Positions 18,841-26,216 of a DNA stretch of 26,216 nt are shown one piece after another (positions within the stretch are counted from its first letter, which is position 1; each line of letters opens with the position of its first letter). The translations under genes were made by a program, and so were the position numbers. The stretch is from NCBI GenBank assembly GCA_043804515.1, contig JAZDIZ010000117.1, positions 1-26,216 on the forward strand. The letters are read 5' to 3'. The notes beneath the pieces are model-generated. The model was given only the letters and a program-made list of their open reading frames with translations, did not search any database and was not told the origin of the DNA. The DNA is from Pseudomonadota bacterium (GTDB lineage Bacteria; Bdellovibrionota_G; JALEGL01; DATDPG01).

Positions 18841-18870
18841 AACCCGTATTGTCCGTAAGATGTGAGTAGT

Positions 18871-18997
18871 AAGGCGGGCTGGGTGACTGCCTGCGCTCCG
18901 TGGCTCGGATCGCATCACGGGGGACACCCGCTGATGGGTGGCCCCAACACGGCGATCCTGCGCCTGACCTCCGCTCCGGCAGCCCCCCAGCCCGCTT
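18871..18997. repeat. Rod-like palindromic intergenic element between convergent genes
   Basis: Nested pairings GCGGGCTGGG/CCCAGCCCGC, CTGCC/GGCAG, GGATCGC/GCGATCC, GGGG..CACCC/GGGTG..CCCC. Confidence 0.65.
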
Positions 18998-19084
18998 GAA
19001 ACGCATCAACCGTTCAGACATGTGACATCAGTGCGAAAGGGATCCAGGCCTCACGCTTGGTGAGGGAAAAAACAGAACAGTCGT

Positions 19085-20635
19085 CTACGAGATTTTTTCC
19101 GACCAGACTTTTGCCTGCGTGAAAAGCAGCAGGTAATCGCGTCCGCCGGCCTTCGAATCCGTGCCGGACATATTGAATCCTCCGAAGGGGTGGGCACCCA
19201 CCATCGCGCCCGTGCACTTCCGGTTGAAATAGAGATTTCCCACGTGGAAGTTTCTCTTCGCCTTCTCGATGCTTTCGCGTGATTTCGCGTAAACGGACCC
19301 CGTCAGACCATATTCGGTGTTATTGGCGATCTCCAACGCGTCATCGAAACTCTTGGCTTTGGTAAGCGCCAACACCGGTCCGAAGATCTCTTCCTGCGAG
19401 AGCCTGGCGATGGGAGGGACATCGCCGATCACCGTCGGGGCGATGTAATACCCGTCCTCGGAAAGCGTCTTCCCTCCGGTCAGGAGTTTTCCCTCCTTCT
19501 TCCCGATTTCGATGTAGTTCAAAACCGTCTTGAACTGGGACTCGTTGACGACCGGCCCCATCTGCGTGTCGCCGTTCACTGCGGGACCGACCTTCAGGGC
19601 CTCCGTCCGTTTTCGGATCTTCTCGGCCAATTGATCGTAGACGGCCTCGTGAATGATGGCCCGGGAACACGCCGAGCACTTCTGTCCCTGGAAACCGAAC
19701 GCCGACGCCACGATCCCGGCGGCAGCCGCATCCAGATCCGCATCCAGATCCACTACGATCGCGTCTTTTCCGCCCATCTCCGCCACAACGCGCTTGATCC
19801 ACTTCTGCCCAGGTTGGGGCTTGGCCGCCCTTTCGTTGATACGCAGACCCACTTCCTTCGATCCTGTGAACGAAATGAAGCGGATCTTGGGATGATCCAC
19901 GAGCGGATCACCGATTTGGGAGCCGCTCCCGGTCAGGAAATTCAGGACGCCCGGAGGGCACCCGGCATCGTGCATGAGCTTCGCGAACTGGTAGGCGACG
20001 GCCGGGGCGTCACTGGAAGGTTTCAAAACGACGCAGTTCCCGCTCACGACGGCCGCCGTGGCCATGCCGACGCAGATGGCGAGCGGAAAATTCCATGGGG
20101 GGACGACGACGCCCACGCCCAGGGGAATGTAGACCAGATCGCTTTTCTCACCGGGGACCGGCGTGAGCGGCTGCGAATCGGCCAGGCGAAGCATTTCGCG
20201 GCCGTAGAATTCGATGAAGTCGATCGCCTCGGCCGTGTCGGCGTCGGCCTCCACCCAGGGCTTGCCCACTTCGTAGCTCATCCACGCCGAGAATTCGTGC
20301 TTGCGCTTGCGCATCTCGGCCGCGGCCCGAAACAGAAGATCCGCCCGGTCCTTCGCGGAGGTGGAAGACCACCGCTCGAACGCCTTCCAGCCCGTTGCCA
20401 CGGCGCTCTCCAATTGGCTCTTGGTGCCTTTTTGGAATTGGCCGACGATTTCGGATTTCTTGGAGGGATTTGTAGAGGCGAATGTCTCGAGACCGGAGAT
20501 TTCCTTTCCTCCGATGATCAGCGGGTACGTCTTTCCGAGTTGTGAACCGACGTTCCGTATCGCCGCTTCCATGGCGGCCCGGTTCTCCGGTTTCGAGAAA
20601 TCGGTCAGGGGTTCATTTTTGAATTCACTGATCAT
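19085..20635 (-). CDS. pruA: L-glutamate gamma-semialdehyde (P5C) dehydrogenase
   Basis: [72 protein letters not shown]. Confidence 0.95.
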   Translation of the reverse strand: MISEFKNEPLTDFSKPENRAAMEAAIRNVGSQLGKTYPLIIGGKEISGLETFASTNPSKKSEIVGQFQKGTKSQLESAVATGWKAFERWSSTSAKDRADLLFRAAAEMRKRKHEFSAWMSYEVGKPWVEADADTAEAIDFIEFYGREMLRLADSQPLTPVPGEKSDLVYIPLGVGVVVPPWNFPLAICVGMATAAVVSGNCVVLKPSSDAPAVAYQFAKLMHDAGCPPGVLNFLTGSGSQIGDPLVDHPKIRFISFTGSKEVGLRINERAAKPQPGQKWIKRVVAEMGGKDAIVVDLDADLDAAAAGIVASAFGFQGQKCSACSRAIIHEAVYDQLAEKIRKRTEALKVGPAVNGDTQMGPVVNESQFKTVLNYIEIGKKEGKLLTGGKTLSEDGYYIAPTVIGDVPPIARLSQEEIFGPVLALTKAKSFDDALEIANNTEYGLTGSVYAKSRESIEKAKRNFHVGNLYFNRKCTGAMVGAHPFGGFNMSGTDSKAGGRDYLLLFTQAKVWSEKIS

Positions 20636-20666
20636 GATCTTGCTCCTAAATTGAACGGCTAGAAGA

Positions 20667-20742
20667 TGGCAGGAGCGACAGGAGTCGAACCTGCAACCCC
20701 CGGTTTTGGAGACCGGTGCTCTGCCAATTGAGCTACGCTCCT
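20667..20742 (-). tRNA. tRNA-Trp (CCA)
   Basis: AGGAGCGTAGCTCAATTGGCAGAGCACCGGTCTCCAAAACCGGGGGTTGCAGGTTCGACTCCTGTCGCTCCTGCCA, 76 nt, cloverleaf, encoded 3' CCA. Confidence 0.97.
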
Positions 20743-20859
20743 ATTCCTTCGTCTCGCCTACGCTGCCACACAAAGGCAAGTGCACGCAGGATAAAGAAAC
20801 ACGGGTCAAAAGCAACCTTGTCGGTGCGGTCGGCGGAACAGTACGGGTTCAGGTCAGCT

Positions 20860-22038
20860 TCAACGCCGACCGCCGGCCCGAGGCATCCAGGCGACAGGTT
20901 CGTCTTCGGCGTTCGGCCGGAGCATCATCGAAAGCTCCGCTCTGATTCTCATCATTTGGGCGACGAACGCTCCCGGATGGAACGGAAGAAGGATCGTATC
21001 CCGATAAGGGACGGTCGTGTTGGGCAGTGCGTGGAAGAGAAGGCTTCGACCGTCCCGATCCACGGCCCTCACATTGACTTCGGCCACCGGTTGTTGGCCG
21101 CCTCCATCCTGGAACAGGCCGGTGCTGGACGGTCCATGTCGGCCGAATTCCTTCAGGGAACGGATGCAGTTGGGACGTATTCGAATCTCCAAACGCCGGA
21201 CTTGTGCCGGGAGTTGCCAGTCCGTCGACGCAAAATAACGACTCACTTCATCCGTGAGCCTCGCGTAGCTCGTCCGCCATTTTCTAAGGACTTCGGTATT
21301 GCCGGACCAGGGAAATGACAGCCCGCCGGAGCGGTCGGAAATCTTGACCGAGATCCCTTCGGGGAACGTGCGTGGCGTTTGCAGGTTCCTTAACCGCAGT
21401 CCGGCATCAGGAGCCGTTTCGAAAACAAAGGACGCCATCAGGGCTTCGGTTTGCTCTCGAAGCGCCGAATAGGGAAAACGTCGGCTTGGATCGAACGGCA
21501 CGCCGTAAGGAAGGCAACGCAGTTCCTGGTCCCACTCTTGAAGCGAAAGAATACCGCCGGAGGTTTCCGAAAGGTATGTAACTCTGAGTTTGAACACGCA
21601 TCCCGGTTTCGAAATAGGAACGCGTTCATCGGCTGCCTGGACCATAACTTGATGAGCAAAATAGTTGTTGTTGCCGTAGATCCCGAAGTCGAAAAGAAAA
21701 CGGGCCGCCGGATCGGCAGCACGGATCTCCGAAAGCCTCGGAAACTGTGCCCGAAACCGATCCAAACGGGCGGATAGTTGTTTTGCCCAATCGCAATCCA
21801 GAAACGCCGAAGAAATCTGAAAACCATCGCTTCCTGTGACGTATCGATTCTCCGCACCGGGGCACAGCGATACTCGCTGCCGCATGATTGTTGAAATGCG
21901 TTCGAGTTGATCCGCGCGTGATTTCAGGAGGTCGGCCTGGCGAGCCGCCGGCGCCGCTGTGGCGTTTTGGAGGAGGAAGAGCGCACCCAAAAAGACGACG
22001 ACCACGCCTCGAACTGCCCCCGCACGACACATCCTCAT
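20860..22038 (-). CDS. Hypothetical secreted protein (~390 aa)
   Basis: Long ORF with signal peptide ..RGVVVVFLGALFLLQNATA-AP; sigma54 box immediately upstream; no recognised domain. Confidence 0.65.
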   Translation of the reverse strand: MRMCRAGAVRGVVVVFLGALFLLQNATAAPAARQADLLKSRADQLERISTIMRQRVSLCPGAENRYVTGSDGFQISSAFLDCDWAKQLSARLDRFRAQFPRLSEIRAADPAARFLFDFGIYGNNNYFAHQVMVQAADERVPISKPGCVFKLRVTYLSETSGGILSLQEWDQELRCLPYGVPFDPSRRFPYSALREQTEALMASFVFETAPDAGLRLRNLQTPRTFPEGISVKISDRSGGLSFPWSGNTEVLRKWRTSYARLTDEVSRYFASTDWQLPAQVRRLEIRIRPNCIRSLKEFGRHGPSSTGLFQDGGGQQPVAEVNVRAVDRDGRSLLFHALPNTTVPYRDTILLPFHPGAFVAQMMRIRAELSMMLRPNAEDEPVAWMPRAGGRR

Positions 22039-22065
22039 CAAATCTATACCCCAGTTTGAATAGTG

Positions 22066-22081
22066 AGCAACGTTTGTGCCA
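22066..22081 (-). promoter_or_regulatory. Sigma54 -24/-12 promoter
   Basis: TGGCAC-AAACG-TTGCT, consensus match. Confidence 0.8.
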
Positions 22082-22175
22082 CCCCAACGAGTCGTGAATT
22101 CAGCGACTTAGCTCCCTCGTGTGCCTAAATAGTGCAGCTGGTAGGGGCGTGTGTGCCGCGATTAGAACAAACGGC

Positions 22176-22256
22176 ACCAAATCGGGGACAGCCCCCCGAT
22201 TTCGGTCCGTGTCCCGCCCCCCCTTGAATCGATCAGAAAAAATGGGGACAGTCCCC
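22176..22256. repeat. Palindrome cassette copy 1 (two GGGGACAG(T/C)CCCC hairpins)
   Basis: ACCAAATCGGGGACAGCCCCCCGATTTCGGT..CCCCTTGAATCG..GGGGACAGTCCCC; near-identical to 23906-23987. Confidence 0.85.
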
Positions 22257-22312
22257 GAATCTGAATCCGATCCTTCCCCAATTTTGTAGGGCAGGCTCGG
22301 CGGCGCTTACGG

Positions 22313-23770
22313 TTATCTCAAACCATGCGCGCGGACAATCCATTCGGAGCGCAGCTCTTCGACTCCGAAATGCGAACCGCCGCCGCCTTCGGCTCTGGCC
22401 CCTCCGAATATAACGACATAGAGATCGACCCGCGCCACGGGGATCAAAAACTCGACCAAGACGGGGTCACGCTGATGAATACGTCCGAAGCCGGCCGCAT
22501 CCGCCCGGTGCACTGTCAGGAGTGAATGACCGCCCAATGTTCCGTGCTCGAGAAGCGCGTCAAAGTCGGCTCTGGACATGCCGCGCCACATGCGGACCAC
22601 GGGGACCCCGTTCACAATCCTCGTGTGGAGAGTGAGCGTTTCCATCGGGAAGTACGGAACACCCAAAACGAAGATTCTTCCCGCAAGAGCCGTCCAAACT
22701 CCGTGAGTCCTCGCGTCTTCAAGAAATTGATTTGCGGGGCTTTTTTCGCCCGAAGGCCTGTGGGCTGCTTGTTTCTGGGGTTCGAGCTCGGGTTCTGTCG
22801 CGACCGCGGAGCCGGCACCTGAATCTTCGGCATCGCCCTGATTTCGCACCGCGGACGCGTCCGGCGCCCAAGCGGGAGAATAACCACGCAGACGTTCTTT
22901 CTCTCGCTCCCAGGCGCGCCAATCGTCGAGCGTCGGCGGTTTCAACCAGATCTTGCCGGGCATGTACCTTGGAGTGACGTTCGAAGTTGCTGAAGCCTCC
23001 GGGTCAATCAAAGCGTCTGGTCGGGCGGACGATCCGATCGTGAAAGCCCCATGAGCGGGAAGCAGAGTTCCAGGTCGGACCCTTGCCTCCGCCAAGCGTT
23101 CGAGGAAACGGCGCAAACCCCGGATCGTCAGGTCTCCACGCAGATCCTGGGCCGGCCTCAATTGGTCGGCCGCACACGACTGAAACGCTCCTGGGAGGCG
23201 CTCCCGCATCCTCTGTTCTTCACGGGCTGCCGCAACCTCACGATTGTGTCTGTCAACCATCACACCCAAGCGCTTATTGAGTGCGTCTTCCCTCGCTATT
23301 TCCTCCCTTCGCGCCTTGACGACTCGAGGATCCGGGGCATCTCCACCCACGCTGAGACAGAGGGCCACGCCCGCAACGATCGGGTTGATCAGCGCCGATC
23401 GGTACCAGGGAACACTTCGTGCGAGAGCCGCTTCCGTGGCCGCCGCTTCCGGTGCGACGGGGGCGGTTCTGAGTGACTTAAGAAGCCCATCCACGATTCC
23501 TTCCTGTTCGGCCGTCAGAGGGATCGACGAAACGTCGACCGCCGCACCGACCACACCAGCCTCCGCGGTCACGGGCGCCGTTTGAAGCGACCGGAGCATC
23601 ACGTTGATTGCAGCTTCCTGTTGAGGAGGTAAGAGAGCCGGCGGGATAGCCGCGGAAGGTGCGGGCGCAGCGGCAAGCATGAGCTCTGCCGGAGCTTGAT
23701 GTGCGTACAAAAGAACAACGCACGCAAACGCTGAGACCAACCGTAAGACCACTGCCTGTCTAATCGTCAA
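22313..23770 (-). CDS. Hypothetical secreted protein with putative C-terminal ADP-ribosyltransferase-like domain
   Basis: TTG start with GAGGTGG RBS; signal peptide; 38-aa-period duplicated motif; hydrophobic segment ending GGD; C-terminal MWRGMS..SLLT..A..F..VLVEFLIP. Confidence 0.6.
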   Translation of the reverse strand: MTIRQAVVLRLVSAFACVVLLYAHQAPAELMLAAAPAPSAAIPPALLPPQQEAAINVMLRSLQTAPVTAEAGVVGAAVDVSSIPLTAEQEGIVDGLLKSLRTAPVAPEAAATEAALARSVPWYRSALINPIVAGVALCLSVGGDAPDPRVVKARREEIAREDALNKRLGVMVDRHNREVAAAREEQRMRERLPGAFQSCAADQLRPAQDLRGDLTIRGLRRFLERLAEARVRPGTLLPAHGAFTIGSSARPDALIDPEASATSNVTPRYMPGKIWLKPPTLDDWRAWEREKERLRGYSPAWAPDASAVRNQGDAEDSGAGSAVATEPELEPQKQAAHRPSGEKSPANQFLEDARTHGVWTALAGRIFVLGVPYFPMETLTLHTRIVNGVPVVRMWRGMSRADFDALLEHGTLGGHSLLTVHRADAAGFGRIHQRDPVLVEFLIPVARVDLYVVIFGGARAEGGGGSHFGVEELRSEWIVRAHGLR

Positions 23771-23795
23771 AAAACCACCTCTATTTTCTCAATTT

Positions 23796-23811
23796 AGCAA
23801 GCGTTGTGCCA
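23796..23811 (-). promoter_or_regulatory. Sigma54 -24/-12 promoter
   Basis: TGGCAC-AACGC-TTGCT, consensus match. Confidence 0.8.
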
Positions 23812-23905
23812 TTAAAATAGCGTGTGACTGTAAGCACTTACGATGGGCGTCGTGGAGAAAAACCGCCCAAAAGGTGGACAGCGATGTCGCGCTAGGACAA
23901 ACGAG

Positions 23906-23987
23906 ACCAAATCGGGGACAGCCCCCCGATTTTGGTCCGTGCCCCGCCCCCCCCTTGAATCGCTCAGGGAAAATGGGGACAGTCCCC
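23906..23987. repeat. Palindrome cassette copy 2
   Basis: ACCAAATCGGGGACAGCCCCCCGATTTTGGT..CCCCTTGAATCG..GGGGACAGTCCCC. Confidence 0.85.
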
Positions 23988-24013
23988 GGCTTTGCATTTG
24001 CGGCCTAACCCCC

Positions 24014-24042
24014 TTGAATCATTTGCCGCAATGCGCTATAAA
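24014..24042 (+). promoter_or_regulatory. Sigma70-family promoter candidate for the rightmost ORF
   Basis: TTGAAT-N17-TATAAA. Confidence 0.55.
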
Positions 24043-24109
24043 TGCCTGTCTTTTTTTGGGCGATTCAAATAATCGCTTAAAAATTAGGTAGTTAAGAGAG
24101 GTAGACGTT

Positions 24110-26216
24110 GTGAATCGGATCGTTTCTTTCCTTCTTGTGGTCATCGGAATCATCTCCATTGTTCTGGGCGTCTTCGCCTCGGAAAACGGTCCGCGGAAAA
24201 CGGGGATAGTCCCCGATTCTTTCATGGAGGTAACCCTTCAAGGCGCAAGCGCCCGGATGGCCGAGACGGCGTTCGACATGGACAAGGAAGGGATCCGTAG
24301 CAAGGTCCGACAAGCCGTCGCCCGGTGCTGGGATCCGAAATTGAAGGAACCCACCTGCTCCGCGTTGGAGATTGCGGTTCAGGCGGGACTCGCAGACCTC
24401 ATTCCTCTGGAAGTTGTCTCCGACCTCACCCCTGCCTTGAAGTACCTTCGCGACGCCGGGATGCCTCCCCAAGTCGTGGCGGCCGCGATTCTGGCCAGCC
24501 CCAGCTATCACTCTCCCGAGGGATACCGGCAAAGAATCGCCGAGTTGCGATGCCGGACAAATTCGTGTCACGCCCTTGCGCAGTTCTCGAATTCGAGCCG
24601 ACTTTCGAACGCCTTCGGGTTTGAGTTGGATCCGTTCGGTGACGAACAAGTCTACGAAGGATTCCGGGTCCGTTCACGGGACGGCGGGAGCGCCTCGTCC
24701 GGGCCGGTCGATTTCCGGCTGGATGAGGCGAGGCTGAGTCGCTTCGAGCAGGTCTACAAGGACCCCGCCTTCGCGGCCCTGAGAGCAGACGCCATGAGGC
24801 GGTTTCGCTGGATCACGGCGGAGCAGACGAGCCGCTTTGGAATAGAAATGGGCGTTGTGGCTGGGAGTACGGCGGTCTTCATATTTGCGATGTGGGCGAG
24901 CGAAGCTGTGCTGCCTCTGTTGTTTGAGTCGCTGGAAACAACCGTGGTCGCCACGGTGGGGGGCGTTGAAATCACGCAGCTGGACATTGCGGTGGCGGCG
25001 GTTGCCTCGCTCAGCACGGCCACCGCCAACCGTTGGGCCACCGGCTCCTGGCTGATGGGTCTTAAGGGAAAACCGCTTTTATCGTACGTTGCGAGGACGA
25101 CGCCGTTGACGGCGCTGACGTATTTTGTGACGGTGCTTGGAACTCAATGGCTATTTGCATTTTTGGCTCCGGGAGTCCAAGGCGAGATAGTCGCTGCGGC
25201 CGAACGCGGGCCGGGATCCGGAGGAAGGATCTCAGAGCTGGGCGGGGAGGGCTCCACTTGGGGTGTGTCCACAGGCAGGGGCATACCAGCGACCCAAGGC
25301 AATCTCGCCGCCGTGGCCTCTTTGCAGGGAACGGCTCCGGGCCTTCTTCCGGTCGCGCCGCCCACAGTGGGTGAGGCGGCTCCCAAGATAATCGTCTTCC
25401 CCATACAATCACTGGCGCGGCAGGCCGTTTCAGGGACGGAAGCGGGCACGTTTCTGAACCGGCTCGCCGGTGCCGGCGTAGGTACCTTGGTTGTCCGTCT
25501 TTTCGATGACGTGCCGGCCATGTTTCCGAGCCACGTCGTGAGCACGTCGAAACCCTTTGCTCATACCACCAACGAGATCTCCAGACCGAAACAGCTCACG
25601 CGCGGTTACGCGGGCCCCCTTCCCACGGCGGAGGAACTCTCCCGACGACGCCTAGGTACGCCCGCCGGACCTCGAAACGACCCTTCGGTCGTCAAGAATG
25701 ATGGAAGTGATCGGCCGGCGTCTCAAGGGGATGCCAAAGTCGAAGCTAGCGCGGCAACAAAGGCGCCGCCGAAGAGAAAATTCGCGAACGCTAAGGTACA
25801 GGCAAGCGAAAGGGCCAAGACGCGTGCTGCACGGGCCCGGGCGGCGGCGCGCTCCCGGGCGGCAGCGCACTCCAAAAAAGGATCCCCAACTATACCTGAC
25901 GCCGAACCCTCTCCCAGGCCAATTGCGGACGTTGTTGCGGATATCCGGCATTCGGATCAGATCCTCCCGGGGCTTGCGGGGCAACCTCGGAAGAAAGAAG
26001 AAAAGAGGAGAGAGGAACTCAGCGCGGAACTGGTACAGGCCCTTGATGCTGATGAAGGCGAGATAGGGGTTGTGGCCGGCGAGATTGGCTCGGCACGCAT
26101 CAGCGAGAAAGCCAGGACTGAGCGCAAGGAGGAATCGGAAGCCGCCGTGATCGCCGGGGGCGAGACGTTGGCTACGTTTATCAAGGCCCAACGGGAGTAC
26201 TTCGAACGTCGGTTTC
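24110..26216 (+). CDS. Large hypothetical exported/membrane-active protein (>702 aa, 3' end outside window)
   Basis: Not in ORF track; GTG 24110 with GAGAGG RBS, open to window end: MNRIVSFLLVVIGIISIVLGVFA-SE signal peptide, central hydrophobic helices, Ala/Arg/Lys-rich linker, ..FIKAQREYFERRF. Confidence 0.75.
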   Translation, partial: MNRIVSFLLVVIGIISIVLGVFASENGPRKTGIVPDSFMEVTLQGASARMAETAFDMDKEGIRSKVRQAVARCWDPKLKEPTCSALEIAVQAGLADLIPLEVVSDLTPALKYLRDAGMPPQVVAAAILASPSYHSPEGYRQRIAELRCRTNSCHALAQFSNSSRLSNAFGFELDPFGDEQVYEGFRVRSRDGGSASSGPVDFRLDEARLSRFEQVYKDPAFAALRADAMRRFRWITAEQTSRFGIEMGVVAGSTAVFIFAMWASEAVLPLLFESLETTVVATVGGVEITQLDIAVAAVASLSTATANRWATGSWLMGLKGKPLLSYVARTTPLTALTYFVTVLGTQWLFAFLAPGVQGEIVAAAERGPGSGGRISELGGEGSTWGVSTGRGIPATQGNLAAVASLQGTAPGLLPVAPPTVGEAAPKIIVFPIQSLARQAVSGTEAGTFLNRLAGAGVGTLVVRLFDDVPAMFPSHVVSTSKPFAHTTNEISRPKQLTRGYAGPLPTAEELSRRRLGTPAGPRNDPSVVKNDGSDRPASQGDAKVEASAATKAPPKRKFANAKVQASERAKTRAARARAAARSRAAAHSKKGSPTIPDAEPSPRPIADVVADIRHSDQILPGLAGQPRKKEEKRREELSAELVQALDADEGEIGVVAGEIGSARISEKARTERKEESEAAVIAGGETLATFIKAQREYFERRF

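Noticed and set aside
18871..18997. SRP (4.5S) RNA or 6S RNA assignment
   Set aside because: Lacks the SRP CAGG..GGAA..AGCAG core and is short for 6S; kept only as an unassigned structure
11501..20545. Long antisense ORFs (e.g. 11501-12685, 12873-13775, 15369-16382, 19631-20545)
   Set aside because: Mirror frames of korA, queG, ftsH and pruA
22176..24215. CRISPR array
   Set aside because: Palindromes are irregularly spaced, separated by whole genes, and no cas genes are present
24551..24571. CRTNSCH as a CX4CH heme-binding motif
   Set aside because: Single non-canonical motif with no cytochrome context; a disulfide pair is more plausible
20667..26216. tRNA-integrated prophage or ICE
   Set aside because: Accessory genes lie 5' of the tRNA; no integrase or duplicated tRNA end seen in the window

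Overview
High-GC bacterial chromosomal segment. The gene content (Myxococcus-type PilZ domain, RpoH-like sigma factor, several sigma54 promoters) suggests a 'deltaproteobacterial'-grade lineage, which is an inference. The left ~20.7 kb is mostly housekeeping: saccharopine/lysine dehydrogenase (partial), REC-PilZ, thiL, a stand-alone CcmP-like BMC-T shell gene coupled to a TPR gene, a GT-C-like membrane protein, isoaspartyl peptidase, an apparently inserted Cys-rich lipoprotein plus AAA_14/DUF4143 pair, queE, korBA, queG, cupin, ftsH, degP, rpoH-like sigma, pruA and tRNA-Trp. The right ~5.5 kb is an accessory block of three signal-peptide-bearing unknown proteins. Two of them sit behind the same duplicated ~190-bp regulatory cassette (sigma54 -24/-12 box, IHF-like site and palindromes at identical spacing), and one ends in a domain resembling an ADP-ribosyltransferase toxin. 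Not in the ORF track: a 29-aa hydrophobic ORF behind a sigma54 box, a >702-aa ORF running off the right end, and two strongly structured intergenic elements, one with mutually exclusive pairings upstream of thiL. All calls come from reading motifs by eye; no searches were run.
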